Source: Catajapyx aquilonaris
Taxonomy: Eukaryota
Length of the DNA: 53,696 nt
Assembly: GCA_000934665.2 (NCBI GenBank)
Contig: JYFJ02002623.1
Span: forward strand, 1 to 53,696
Direction of reading: 5' to 3'
Positions 15,520-29,760 of this stretch are shown here, piece after piece. The position numbers and the translations under genes are program-made. The stretch's first letter is position 1; each line of letters starts with the position of its first letter. The notes below the pieces were generated by a model. It had not been told where the DNA came from. It saw only the letters and a list, made by a program, of their open reading frames with translations, and did not search any database.

Positions 15520-15813
15520 CTAGAGATGTGACGGCAAGTAAATGACACAAACCACTAAGTTCACGGTAGATTATCAAAATATCCCAAGTGGATAATATGG
15601 AGCTCTCTCAGCCCTGTTCCCGGAGCTTGGCTTTACCTGCTTCCCCCACCAGGTTTTCGGTTCTGTTCATTATTAGTAAAACGTGCCACCCAAAAATCAA
15701 ATATTTTAAAAACTACATACATCGAATACCTTGAAAACGCAGTGTTTACCTCGTCGGGAAGTTGGGGAAAAGTGTTGGACAAACAAACAGACAGGTGTTT
15801 TATATGTATAGGA
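15520..15813 (-). mobile_element. Possible non-autonomous Helitron-like relic
   Basis: The minus strand begins TCCTATACATATAAAA...TGTCTGTTTGTTTGT (5' TC plus a TGTY microsatellite, as in arthropod Lep1-type Helitrons) and ends ...CTCTAG|T. The 5' flank is not the expected A and no clear subterminal hairpin is visible. Confidence 0.3.
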
Positions 15814-18800
15814 GTCGCATTTTCAATTCATACATGTAGATGGAGAAGTGACGCGTTTTTCCCCCGAAATTATGGGGCGATCAAAACAAAATAAGGAGAC
15901 ATTTTAATTTTTGTGGGAATATGTATTGTGAATACCTAGGCATAATATAAGAATTTTCTGATTTTGGTTTCATACAACTGGCACTTAGGTTCATCTCGCA
16001 TATCAAAATTTAAAAAATTAACAAAATCGGCACTTTGACTCCGTGACGGAGATAATACACTACACATTCTCGTTGCGCGTCATCATCGTTCAAGTCAGGA
16101 AATATCATACTTGTAACTGTAAAGACACTATAGTCTCCTGTGGATGGCTGGAGAATGGCATAATCCCACGAAACAAAAATGGGTCAGAGCTTATCTCCGT
16201 GTAATGGAGCCGAATCATATAAAATTGATTGCAGCCACCTCGTCTTAGAGAGAAAGAAACTTCTGGAAGAAAGTACTGGAGATACACATTTTCCACCACC
16301 TTGTACTTGCAAATGTGCACATTTTCATGCAGCAATACGCCCTAATAGTGAGCTAGAGCCGACTAGGTCTCAAATGATAACTATGAGAATCTCTTTTACA
16401 CCAGCTCATCATCGGCTTTCCCCTCTCAAATCCCAAGCCATATTATAACCTACCACAGCGATTATCCGAATTCGTTAACTTCCATCGCATCACAATGTCA
16501 GAACCCAAAGATTTAGTATCGCCCCCGCTCGCTGCAGCAATATCTGGTGTCAAACAAGCTGCCTATACACTCACTATCTAAAGTCTAAACTCAAGTGAAT
16601 ACGCCTCTATCTACACTATGCAGCAGTGAGGCTCATGAAATGGTTCCGCACATGCATGTATGCATACATGCGTGCGTGTGCTATAAACGAAAATGCGCCG
16701 CTTATCATCTCACTTTGTAAGATCCCTTTTTTGTCGACACTGGCTTATTCTCCACGTCATTGTCACTCTGCTATATATTTCAGAAAGGAAGCTGTGCACT
16801 ACACTACCCATGAGACATATTGCCTGCGGTGGGCTTCTGGAACCTGTAACTGGCGCACAAAGATGAAAGGAGAGCCTGGAGTGAGGCCTGGTCTGCCCGG
16901 ACACTTTATGAACTGCGTCCATACATAGCTGTCATTGTCGTTAGCGGCAGTCGAGCCCACAGGCTATATCGCTTGTGACCGAGCTCTTGGCTCTACAGTG
17001 CTTTGATGGGGAAACTGGGAACAACTACTACGTATGTAAGTGCATAAACATGTGATGGATTGAACAGTGTGTCTATTATACGTCACAACAATTGATATAT
17101 GGCGTAATGTATTTTGCAAAAATGGTGCTCAAGAGGAACACGACTACGTGCTTGTTGTGCAAATAGGAAATGAATGGGTGGACTGCAAAATGAATTATTA
17201 TTTCTACTTTTGACAATAATTGATTTAAAAAAAATATTGTTAAGTATTATGCAGCAGATAAAGCAAGAATTTTTTTTTGTCATTCACCCATTCCATTGTG
17301 GCTGATTATTTCTAACGTAGAATGCGGAGAAGGAGTGATGAAAGTGCTCTTCTGACTGTAATGAGGGAAGACGGGAGGTAGAACGCAGTCGGAGGTGAAG
17401 AAGGTAATTTATTGAGTGCGGGGTTTCCCACAAGACCCCTGGCTGGTGACCGCGACCACAGTTTGATCGAGACCACGGAAAGGTGGTGCGGGCCAGGGAA
17501 TGTGGCTGGCTGGTTGATCAACGATCGGTGGCAGAAAATGCCATGAGAGTAATGCATATAGGATTAGCTTCAAAGTATTAAAGTCGAAAATACATGCCCT
17601 TGGCCATTGTTATCCTATAGAGTAGGCCTATAGACAGTCTAGAGTATAGACTGAAGTAACTTTATAATCTGACCTTGTTTTCCAGTACAGAACTGGCTCT
17701 TGCAAAATTATGCCAATGTGTCCCATGTACTATACATGTACAGATTGGAAAGTGCAGTGCAATAGCAAAGTCGACTTTCACAAATCATTAGTTGCTAGAA
17801 GGCTTAAAACAGGTTCAATTAACTCCTTTGTGCAGTTAGGCCTTTCTCATATAACTTCAATTGTGGAGCGTGACTGCTGCAGGGAATAGAACCTGGACAA
17901 TTCAGTGACGCAGGTAGGTTTTTGTCCTCGTCCCTCTTTTGTATCTGCATTTGTCATTCGACTCACTACGGACTAGACTGACTCAAACTGCAAAGTCTGC
18001 AGGTATAGAGCCCATATGTAAAGTGCAGATGCAGGCAATAAGTTAGATGGAGAGTGACGGGATAAGAAGCGCAGGGAAGAAACGGGTCTATATTGGCGTC
18101 AAGGGAGGAAGGGCTGCTGGTGGAAAGGTTCATATCCGTGGCCATAACAGTATCATGGGATGTACCCTACATCCTCGTATAGGCCTTGCTGCAGGTACGT
18201 GCCCTGGAAGGACAATGAACGCCTGCCCGCTGCGATGGCTCTTTTACACTCTCTTATAGTAGCCCCAGCTTATTTCCGCCATCTCTTAAATTCTCTGTAT
18301 ATCATGATAGAGCTGGGCTGCCTGCTGTCACGCTTTATTCACTTAGAGCTGACTGTTGTCCGGAAATGGCGACAAAAAACGCCTCGGGATTTGTGTACAG
18401 CGTGATGGTTACATGGGATAATAAAGAGAATAAATGTAGCTTTGTAAAAATATGTTTGTCGTGTTCAAACATTGTCAACCGGCCTTTTTGTCGTAACTGG
18501 AAGCAATTTCCCTTTGTCGAAATAAACTGAAAGCTTTCAAAAGTGATGCAGTTCTCTGTTCTTCCGTTAGGCAAAATCGAAAGTAATTTCAGTTCTATTT
18601 GTGAAATCCGGGGTACAGTGTAGCTGTCATGCATGTTTTCTATTGTAGGAAAAGGGGGGAAATGTAAATGTAGCGAAAGCAGAAACATAAATGGGCCGGA
18701 AATGATAAAATCGTGTATAATGCCGACTTCCCATTGCAGATTATTGAAAATCCATAATGCAAATTGCAGTTGCCGAGTATGCTAATTACCTTAGCTGTAA

Positions 18801-21800
18801 AACATTAAGAAAAGTAACTGCTCCATGGATTAATTTTGTCAATAATTTCTCTAGGAATCCGCAATATTGTTATGCATTAAAATGACACGACCAAATTCCT
18901 GGTATGATTGGCATAATACCAACTAATTTTTCTTCAATTCAAAGCTCACTTGTTGATACCCAAGCCTCCTATCTCTAAATCCATTGTGGCTGGATGGACA
19001 TTGCATCCTCCTCCATCTCCCCGAATGACTTGGAGACAGACGATGTGGACACTACTAATGCAAGCTGTTCCGAAACCGACATTTACCTCTTGATAAGTTA
19101 ACCAACTTTGTAGTTATACTGGTGCCATTCACCGGCTGGTTGCACGTAGCATGGTGGTGCAAGAGACTTCTCAGCAGAATACGAGATGAGGATTCGGGAG
19201 AGTAGAGATGAAGAGATCGACAAGTTAGGGTGATTTCAGACCAAGTAGGGCAATGACGATCATCTAGTTTTCCAGCTGCTGAGCAGCAGCAGCATGCACA
19301 CCAAGCAGCCACCAAGCTCAATTGAGTGGCTTTCCCAAGCAATCAAGTCCAATTGAAGCTGCTGCCAATGCCAATTAGCTTTTGTAATTACTCTCATTAT
19401 CCGGATGGACGGTTTGATAGAGGGGTAGAATATGGTTCGGTGGATAGATGGATTCATGCCACCACTTGTTGTCGGCTTATGCCCTCCCACCACCTGCTCT
19501 ATACTGACATAAAAATAATTAGTTCAACGCGTTATGACTTGAGGAGTTAAAGGGTAGCTCGTTTATCTCTTTACAGTGGGAAAGTGTAAAACCAGTTATG
19601 TGGAGGGGCGAGAGCTATCGTGGTGTCCGGATCGTTTGTTAAGTATACGATAACTGATAGTGGTTAGGGGTAGGTGTTGCCCTCTCCAAATCCTCCAAAA
19701 GTGACACTTTGTGAGGAAAATATACGTATGCAAAAATGCTCTACGTGGTGATTCCTGAACTTCTTTCTAAAGATACAGTATGTTTTGCGGTTCCAGACCA
19801 GAATGGGGTGGGCTCGGAGCAGAAAACTTATATTTTATTAAGGAAAAGAAGAGTTAGTATCCTTGCAGCTGGAGAATATTGGGTACACTGTAATCCCTCT
19901 TGAGACAGTATACAGTATACGTGTCTTAAATATTTTGTGATGGCTGGAGTGGGATACAGATTTACAGTATAGTGCCATCCCCTGACGCTTCTGGTGCTAG
20001 GAATCATGTGTGCAGTATAATAACTTGAATGTATCACGTTGGCTATGCAGCCCAGTCAAATTGACTTAGCGAATGGTGCTCGTTGAATATGGTTGCTACG
20101 AACAATCGGCAAGTGACGTGCATGAAACGCGATATATCGCCGCTTTGTCCCAACACTCGTGGGCGGCGTATTGCATACTGCACAATAAGCCCATACATAA
20201 ATGGGAGAGAGAGTGAGAAAAAAACATACACGTGACACTGCTGGAAAACTCATCAATTTTGACGACCTAGTGAAAGGATGCCAACTAACAGGATGACCAC
20301 CGCATTACATTCTGTGACATGGATTGTTGCAGGTTTAAAAAAAACACCGCGGATCATGGAATTTTATTACTTCCAGCGCTCTAAACACCAACGGCGTACA
20401 CTATTATTCTCGTCGTTGAGCATGCAATTCAAGATATCGCTGATACTCCCCTTGCATATTCGAGCTTTATCGGAAACGGATCTGGGATCAAACCAGCGCA
20501 TTGTGATGCAGTCTACATCTAGCAATTAGAGGTAATAATAGGGCCAATATCGGTTCAGCTGAATGGTATAAGCATGAAGGTAAATCCCACCTTAAATTAA
20601 CGCAAACCCTGCTAATATTTCTGCACGCTGGTTTTAACAGTATGTAAAGAAATTTATAACGCACTTTTGCGCTTGTGTATGTTAATGAGGTATCAGTCTA
20701 CAGAGTACTTTGTGTAGATTTATGTACACCTAAACGGCCTGCTTTTAAAACTGAATCTGGGGGAATTGGTTTGGCCGGTTGTAAAACTCCATATATCATA
20801 ACCGCCAAGCTGCCCGTTAAAAAGAGTGTTGAACGGAGTAGTGAAGCAGTGTATATCTCTCACCCTCAGAACAACTGAAGTTAAAAAATGGCTGCCTGTT
20901 TGTTGCTGATTGATTGACTTAGGCCCAGGCATATCTGGTCCCAGTCCATCACAAAAATGTACAGTTCTCGCACATATAATCCGAATTCCAATACCAGCTC
21001 TTCTCCCCGTTCTTGAGTTATTGATTGGACCCATATACACCAATCACCCCCCAAGTCCATAACCCCCCCTCCCCCCTTTTTTTCACTCCAACCCTACTTC
21101 CAATAACTACCTCCAATCTGCTGACCAAACCCGGCCGCAAGCCACTCATTCTATTGGCTTCTTTTCTCCTTTGGTTCTTTCGAGTCATTAACCATCCTGT
21201 CGAGGCAGAAATGCAGGCAGGCAAAGCACGCATCGAGAGACCACGAAGACCAATCTAACCTGGCACACCCCACCCACTCACCTCCCAGCTTCCTATATAT
21301 CCCATGTACCTGATTTGTATGCCTCGTGTACTCTCTGCAAAAGCACTACTGTACGTGTATCCAGTGCGGTATAGGCGAAACAGTGGCATGATAGGCACAA
21401 AGGTCGATTCGGATAAAAACCGCTCCAGGAGGGTACAGCCATTCACCAGGCCCGTCACACATTCGCTGGAACAATATAACTGCAGAGTTCGTTCAAAATG
21501 CGTCGTTTTAAAGGGAGGGCTTGGTTTTTGTCTCTTCCGCCACATTTTGTTCACAGGAACGTTTAAGCCCAGCGGCATACATTGCGCTATGCCTTTCATT
21601 TGCATGTCAGTTGATATCAGATGTGGCCCTGAAAGTGTCGAAAGCAACTAATATGAGCGCTATAGGTGTACAGTACAGTATATATATACATTTCCATAGG
21701 ATGCTTCTTTGGCGAATAGCGTTATTTCTCGCACTGGGAATCATGTAGTGGAAAAATCCAAGTAAAAATCATGTTTAAGTGTGACATTATTGACACCGCA

Positions 21801-22211
21801 TGTTAAATGAATCTTTTACCGCGCATATGAATAAAAAGGAGCACTTTCAGATATGTAGATTGTGGAATGATATTTTTTTAATTTTTTTTATTTTTTATAG
21901 CAATATTTTAATTTTAAAATACGCTCACATTAACAGCTTCTTGCAAGAACAATACGCAGTCTTTTTTACTAAAATGTACTGTACAGTACATAATTATGGA
22001 CTATGACGAAAATGATAGTATCCTGCTGGTTAGGCAATACTGCTACCACGGAAGTTTGTGTGGCATAACCAGCAGGATATTTGTAATCATACAAGTGAAT
22101 GGTAATATTCTAGTTGGCTATTATCGACGCGATAGAACCGTACTGGAACCATTTAGTCTTGCAAAGAGCCAGAGTCCGAGAGGAATTTCTCATCTTTTCC
22201 GCCACCCTATA

Positions 22212-22635
22212 CAGGGTGTATCTGAACTCAGTGCCCCGACGTATATGACTGCCTTCCTAGCCACCAGAGGATCGATTTAAGTATAGGAGTCATATGTCTG
22301 GGCAGCCTCATTACTGAGATACACTCTTTAGCGATTTTTGCCTAATCGCTCCTTCTGACTTTTAAATAGAATTTTCTGGTGTAACTAGCCAAAGAGGCCT
22401 TACCACCTGTGGGCAACAAACCAACAAAGTCCGGCCCCCAGACCTTCCAGAGCCTTCTGACTGGGGGAGGGTTCGATGGGTGGCCTAACAGACAGGATAT
22501 TTTGTACTACATGTTTGCGGCCAATTATCTCCGTAATGCGGCGGCCAAACATAATGATTCCTATACTTAAATCGATCCTCTGGTGGCTAGGAAGGCAGTC
22601 ATATACGTCGGGGCACGGAGTTCAGATACACCCTG
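22212..22635. mobile_element. Tc1/mariner-type MITE with long TIRs, 424 bp
   Basis: 82-bp TIRs starting CAGGGTGTATCTGAACTC (2 mismatches) and TA target-site duplication. A second copy lies at 53504-53696. Confidence 0.93.
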
Positions 22636-22942
22636 TATAATGCACATTGACAGCCTCTAATGAGTTTTTGAGCTCTATAGCAAAGTACTGTTACGTTCGT
22701 TGACAGACGCTGGGATGATAAAACGGTGAAGATGAAAAAAATGGTCGCAACTCTCCCCTCCAGCTAGAGACATTGCCAACAATAGTGCAGGTCTGCATCA
22801 AAAAGGAAGGTTCATTGCGTACATGTAATGATACTGTAAACACCGACCACAAGTTCAGTTCAAACACTCGTGCGTTCGACAACTTCTGCATCATGCAGAA
22901 GTTGTCGAACTGCATGTCACTACATGAACAAACCGAGCTTAC

Positions 22943-23414
22943 CTTTGATGAAATCAACCGCCTGCTCCAAGCCGTACGTGTCGCGGTCGCAATCATCGAG
23001 CACATGCGCCCCGAGGCGGACCCCTGGCAGGAAATTGCCTTCGTTGAGCACATCCAGCGAGTACAGCATGGCTTCTAAAGCCTGTACTCCACCTTGAGGC
23101 ATGATAGGCCCACAGGTGTGGTTCTCTTCTCCTCTCTCGTGCACCATCATTAAACCACCCAGGACCAGATTACCATCCACCCAGGCCATCTTCTTGGGCG
23201 GCCTCTCTCTGTCGATCCAACTCTTGCTGTTGGGGTTGATGCTGCTCTGTCGCCTCCACCTGTTGTCCCGAGGTTTTCTCTCCATGAGTGACATCCTGGA
23301 CCACCCACTGTCTGGTGGCCACGACAGAAGACATCCTTGCTGCTTCTCAGGGAATGATATTGTCACCAAATCTGCTGCTAGCAGCACTGTCACTAACCAA
23401 GGTCTTACAAACAT
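22943..23414 (-). CDS. mtt: First coding exon of a mangetout/mXR-like metabotropic glutamate receptor family (class C) GPCR. Remaining exons not recognised in the window.
   Basis: MFVRPWLVTVLLAA signal-like start, then Venus-flytrap N-terminus GNLVLGGLMMVHER...CGPIMPQGGVQALEAMLYSLD...LGAHVLDDCDRDTYGLEQAVDFIK. GGLMMVHE, PQGGVQALEAML and LDDCD are mangetout-type rather than mGluRA-type (GGLFPVHE, RGVQRLEAML, LDTCS) as I recall them. Acceptor TTGCACTTTCAG ends at 23459 and donor AAG|GTAAGC starts at 22942 (phase 1). Confidence 0.88.
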
Positions 23415-26400
23415 TTCCACTATACTCAGCACGACTGCAGCATTGTTCGATTCACCAGCTGAAAGTGCAATAGGGATGAATTTGAAATATTGACAACATT
23501 CTGAATTCTTAGTTGGTTCGGTTTCATGAAACTGACCATCTCATGTAGTCAATTGGTTGAAAGTTTTGAGACCCACAAATATTTTGACAGTTTTATACTA
23601 CCTCGCAGATATGACAAAGCCAATTAGAAGTTGCACGAGTTGCTGAGAAATAATTCGTGCCTTCCCATTCGCCAGCTAATACCTAAAAAGGTATATGCTA
23701 ATGTCTTGCATCTTAACAAGGTACGGAAAGCAGACTGCGCGTAACTTTCTCTGACAATCCTGATAGCCTCCATTTATGTACGTCATGTTGTGCGCTCGAG
23801 AAAGGCTTCCTGAACGATGGATGGATGAAGGTATTAGTATACTATACCACCACACTGATGGGAGGAATGCATGAAAGATTTATTACCCGCTTAACTTTTA
23901 TCTCCCGAACCGAAGCTGACCATACAGACAGGTCTCGTGTATAACTGCTCTATTATCAGCAACCTACTAAAATTCCTCCACTTCTGCCATATGTGACACC
24001 TCTCTAGTACAAAAATGATGGATTTGTCGTTCCATCCGCTCTGTACTCCGACGCATGCGCGACTGGAGCGACTAATCCATCAAGTTTCCCCCTACGATTG
24101 TACACCTCCAGGTATCTGTATGCACTGCACATCTAGAGAAACCAAAGTGGCAGGCACTGCTTGCTTGTTTGCCTGTTGTCCTCAGCTCCGTCGCCACCTC
24201 GTCCAAGAGGAAAATCGTGTCCCTGGTCTGCCTGCCACTATCGTTCATACCAGCTTATCAATCTCCCCAAAAAGCTCATAAAAAAACTTGGCTCGCTCAG
24301 AATGATCGATCAGTTACTTGATTGGAAAGTTAATGCTTGCTTCTGACCTGCCACTATTTGTATCCCCCCTACCCCCCACCTCAAAACATTACCACCCGCA
24401 GGAATTGATCGGGAATTTCCTCGCCGGCTCGTAAAGTGATTTTCTTGGTCTTCGTGCCTTGTGGAGATGCAATCCATTCTTTTGCTTGTTGGAGAAAGAA
24501 TGTCTATTGTAACCTATCGTCCAAAATTGGACTGTGCTTATCTTGTTAGGTGCAGCAGTCTTGTCATCCGTGTCCATTTGGCGATCAAAACTGGTAGGAT
24601 GACCTCGGATGATAATAATTTCAGGCCATTCAGGGGTAATTAAAGATGCAAATTAACTATGAATTGTTGAAAAGGGAACAATTCGTAACTCTCCCAAGTC
24701 CACAGCTATTACGAGGTAATTGAAGGATACTTTTTATGTCGTCTTGGGAGCGTTACGACATTTTAACTACATTGGACGTTCAGTTGTGGCCATTAATGGC
24801 CGGTGGGAATGCATACATTTCCGTAAGGGTCAATACTTATCACGAGTGATCATTATCATTCAGTTGGGACGTTGTAATTCTCATAAAAGGTAACGATTTC
24901 TGCGCACGCAAATGAGGTGCTTTCCGGCAGAATTGGTCGCGAATAACGAATTTGTCAGAAGCGATTTTCTTTTCTTTCGAGCAGGATCAGATGCGATTAA
25001 ATTGCAAACTTATCCATTTATTTCCTCTTGGCACAGTCGCCTGATATATATGCAAGAGGGCTAAGAATTTTTCATCCCCTCCTAAAAATACAAAAACCAA
25101 TATTTGAAATATGATCAATTCTAACCAAAAGAGAGTCGTTAGACCAAAGAGCCGGAAGCAATCCAGACCTCGTTACAGAAGCATTGGTTTCGATTGATTA
25201 CACGAATTGTTCGCAAGTGGATTTAAAGGACCCCCCCCCCCCCCAAAAAAAAAAGAGAGGAGGGTTTCGTGTTATACCACCGGAATGCAATCTGCAGGTG
25301 AAATTAAAACTCGTGGGAAAGAATTCGACTCGTCTGAAAGGGTTTGAATCAATTATTTTTGGAGTGCCCCCCCTCGTTTGTGCCGATTCAATTGGGTCGG
25401 AAAATCCGCATTCCAATCTATTCAGCATCTGCTGCCATGGGTTCTCTCCTGGCCCCTTTTCCTATACCATCATGCAATGTTATCGTCAAATTGCGAGGAA
25501 AATGACTGTAATCAGCGTACTGTATGATTTGAGACGATTTTCAACAGGTCTATTACTCTAACTGGGTTTCTGCTTTCCATATGAATGAAAGCGAGTAGTA
25601 TTTATGGTGCAGGGTTGCTGGGCAAAACTCGGGGCGAGGGATTCACGCAAAGTACAGTCTGGTGTGCAATTCGGTACTACACTTGGATGGTTTTGAAAAG
25701 GGTAGGATGCAAAATAAAAAGGCAATGTTACGGGGGAGAGGGGTGTAAATTGGATGGGTGCGATGACGTACGGTTGTGTTGACGAGACCCAAATCTGTCT
25801 GGTTGATGCAGGGCGCCATTCATCAGTCAAAAGGGAGGGTTTGGAATGGAAAGCAACCTCCACCAAACTGAGCATCGTTGCATATATGCAATTTGGTACA
25901 GTGCTCGTTTGTAACCGTGGAATACTACGTGTGGGATATACACTATTACATATCTGAAATTTATAGCTGAATATTTTTGCGTGGATAGTAGTGAGATTAA
26001 AATAATGTTGCGGTGAGATCGACTTGTTAAGAAAGTTGGTAATGTCGACATGGTAAGCAGTGTATTTTGCAAAAAATGACCAAATTAAAAAAAAAACGCA
26101 TGCCTATTAGCTATTACAAATTCATCACGCTTTGGAAAGACCTCCTAGACTTGCAAGATCTTCTCATGCGTTACAATGAAGCTTGAGGTGAAATGGTTTC
26201 TCACCAAACAAGACGAGAAGAGGCTTGCTTTACAATTATGCAACTACATTAGAGCCGGTTGTTTGGTCAGGTGTTGTCAGAGAGGGTGGCCACAACTGGA
26301 TGTAACTACCAGAAATTTCCCAGTGTAGTGGCCGCAGGCCTCGGCCATTACTACATCACTGAATGCGCCAGTGTTGTGGACATTCATAACATTTTGAATA

Positions 26401-29400
26401 CAAAATGCAAGGCACAACTGTAATTTAATCTTAGGTATATAACGACCAAGACGAAAGAATTCATGGCATGCCTTTAATAATGGGAATAGCATATTAGTGG
26501 TACGCATAATGTAAGATCAACAGACACTCCAGCCCTAATAATACTTGTATATTGCATAGGTAATGGGCATTAGTAATAGCATGACTGAGGTAAGAATATT
26601 TTCCATCCCTTATTATTTTTTCGCATAACAATGAAGAAGTCCGACTTTTCAAGTAAGTTGTCTCCAAAAAGGGGGGGGGACTCTAAAAAACACCCTTAGC
26701 AGGATGTTATCAAGTGGATGAAAGGTTTCCATGGCTTGGGACTAAGGATATAAAAGGAGAAAGTCACATTTTAGAAAAAATGCGCAAGCAAAAAGTTTTT
26801 TTGGGAAAAAATAAGCGACGCACTGGCTCATTAGGAAGTGCCTGTATGAAACGCCCTAAGGAGTATACGGATAACGATGAAATTCGAGGCAATAAATAAG
26901 TTACGATCATTTGCTTGTCACTTTGTGTTTCCGTATAGCTTCGCAAAAAGAAGTAGGCCTAAATACGTCTGCCTATTATTTGAATCGGTTTGATTCAAAT
27001 TTAATGCTCAATAAATATCAGGTAGTTACTGTAATCCTATGGTTCTATCGCACAGAAATCTCATCATCGTCATCATTATCATCGTTGTTGATGTTGGTAT
27101 TGGTATCATCATCATAAGTAAATTTTTGCAGACATAAAATTATTTTTACTGTACTGAAATCGTATTATCACACCTTGTGTCGAGGACACTCAGGCCTACT
27201 TGGAGCCCCAGGTGTTGTTGTTGGAAAGCAGATAACTGGCTGCCGATCTATGGAAATCACTTTGCAACTTTCCAGCTGCGACTGGGACTCAACCGGGCTC
27301 ACTCTGGCTTTTCATTTCAAAGGAGAAGATTATAAAGCGGCTGAGAGTACAACGTAGAGAATGAGAATGCGATGGATAGAATTAGCCTGTATGGCGGGAA
27401 TCCTACAGGAAGGGTAATGGATGGCTGGATAAGTGATGAGACAGAAATGATTCGCAGATCTGTTACTTCCGGCTTCATACGTTCTCTGAAACATTACTCC
27501 CCATCATGCAATGTTTCTTTAAATCTTAAATCCTACTCCAGATTTTGTAACTTGGAATGAGTAGGCTTAGAGGATGACGTACAGTATTAGCATGTTAAAC
27601 ACACCATGTTATATACAGGGTGGTGCACTGGCCAAGAAGAGGGATGTGTTATGGATTGTTTGCTCTATCAACCAGTGTAAATAGAATTGATCCCGGCCTC
27701 CTCATTCTAGAAAGTGTGCGACTCTGCATACAGTAGCTCAGTATTGAAGGGACCAATCTTTATGACTATGGTCTAATATTTAGGCTAATCTGGACATTTG
27801 AAATTAGACTGATTTAAAAAAACATATTGATGACATATTTGTATGATTTATTTTACTTCTATTCCCATATTTTGATGAAATATGCAATTACTTATTGGAC
27901 AAATAGAAACAACTTCGAGGTATGTTAAATTTCCCTATGACATCATATAATATCCTAAATTTTGTATTATTTTCTGAACGTTATAGTTGTTCATTTGCAA
28001 TGTCATCACCTCATACTTGAGAAAATGAGCTTCTTTACCGGGACTTGCTATTTGCAATTTGATCCCGGTGACCAATTTCCTGCTCATTGGGACGGATTGC
28101 ATTGATTGGGACGTGATTGACGCGCGGCTTCAGTCGGATGAATGAAGGATTAAGGTGTTATCTTATAGGCAACCAGCTTTTGAAGGTGCATGGGGCCCAC
28201 TTTCTGCAGCAAGTTGGGCAGTATGGGCAAATTTATCGGCAGTAACGGCCACAGGTGGCCACTGAAATGGGCTACGTGTCCGAATTAAAAGGCGCCTTGG
28301 TCCCGGGCTGCTCAAGGGTCAAGAAAGATTTACGTTCTACTTCGGTTTCCCGCTAGCCACATCTGGCAAATCTTCCACCACCACAGGGAGAATTTTTGGT
28401 CATCTGTTACAAGAGGGAGGTGTGTTGCAGTCGCTGTCATACGTCAGGTTTAGTTTAAATACACAAAATATTACAGGGTGTTGATCAGTTGGGCTTGTTC
28501 ACACAAGGACCCTTTTAAAAAAATTCGGAATAGAAGGTGGCGTGATATGGGGTGTACAAGAGCAAGGGTCCTGAAATATCGGATACAGTTTTTATCAAAG
28601 GGCACAGTGCTTACTTATGGGTAATGGAAAAGTCAGCCAATCCGGAGAAGTAAGGTTTGCACTTCTGGTTTGGAGGCGTAGTGCAAAAATGGCTTAAAAT
28701 GATATATTTTCTCGAGGCTCTGAATGGTGAATTGGCCTGCCAAATATAATCTTCAGTGTACTCAGCACGACCCACTGAATCTGTCTAACGTGATCTTATG
28801 CAATATGACAGTTATGCCAAGTTGACATTTGCACCATTATACGGGGTGTTAATAGCAGACGAAATTTTCATCACTATGGATGATAGAATCGAATTTGACA
28901 CTATCAGCCACATGAACCGTAATTTGTGACGTGTTCTGTGACTGTTCACATTGCCCAATATTATAATTAACAGTAATATCGTTACATGTTATCCTTTGAA
29001 GTACTTTAATTGTATGGATATTTTAGTAAATCGCTGCCTAATTATTACGAGGAGTTCTTACTGGCTTTAATGTGTTATTTCAAATTACTGAACATGTAAT
29101 GCATTACTACAGATGTCCACTGAAATTTCAACTACAATAGCAACAATAAATCGGCGACAACCATTATACCTTTCGCTTTAAGTGGCTAATGAGATTATCT
29201 GATCGCCAGAAAGCCAAGCAGTAAACAATGCAGTAGGCCTAATGGATTCGGAATGTAAGTACACACGTATAATGTAACTTGGGCCCACCATATGCTATAG
29301 TGTCGACTATAGAGCTCTCCTACTTCGGTTCACAAACCTGACAAAAAATCTGGCAATTTGCAAGCCATTTTTAAAGGCTCAGGCAGCAGTCCACGTAATT

Positions 29401-29543
29401 CAGAGAAAGGAGTTTGCCTAGCTTTAATTATACTCATACAGTCACCTTTTAGCGCCATTATGAAATTTGACATGGCTAGAACCCTAGAATAGTACCACAT
29501 TGTATGAAGTACCATGTACAACTGGAGGAATATGGCTACTTAC

Positions 29544-29760
29544 CATCCTAAATTAACCAATAATTACGATTGGCACATTTTCACATGACGGTACAGTCAC
29601 ACTCGCCAATCACTCCCGGCGACACCACGACCACGTTTCGGACACGTACGTACCAACCTAACCGTCCCACTCTGTCTGCGCCTGTCTTCGGCTTCAGTCC
29701 CCGGATCCGACGGGGATCCTGATGGCCCTCCCTCCGCCCCCCATAACCCCCCCCCCCCTN
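29544..29760 (-). promoter_or_regulatory. Candidate upstream non-coding exon or promoter island of the mtt-like gene
   Basis: GC/CpG-rich island with a consensus minus-strand donor ATG|GTAAGT at 29543-29538. The mtt coding exon has an acceptor upstream of its ATG, so a 5' UTR exon should exist. The assignment is inference. Confidence 0.25.

Noticed and set aside
1..22942. Further mtt coding exons or a transposase ORF in the long intron
   Set aside because: No ORF-track entry or inspected segment matched the expected next mGluR motifs (e.g. VANLLRLF.IPQ) or DDE/RT motifs. Short exons could have been missed by eye.
22691..23493. Overlapping ORFs 22773-23078, 22870-23097 and 23101-23493 (+) and 22691-23053 (-)
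   Set aside because: Shadow frames of the GC-rich mtt exon with no independent coding signal.
29745..29760. Poly-C run ending in an N
   Set aside because: An assembly ambiguity or small gap, not biology. The distance between the left and right parts of the window may be uncertain here.
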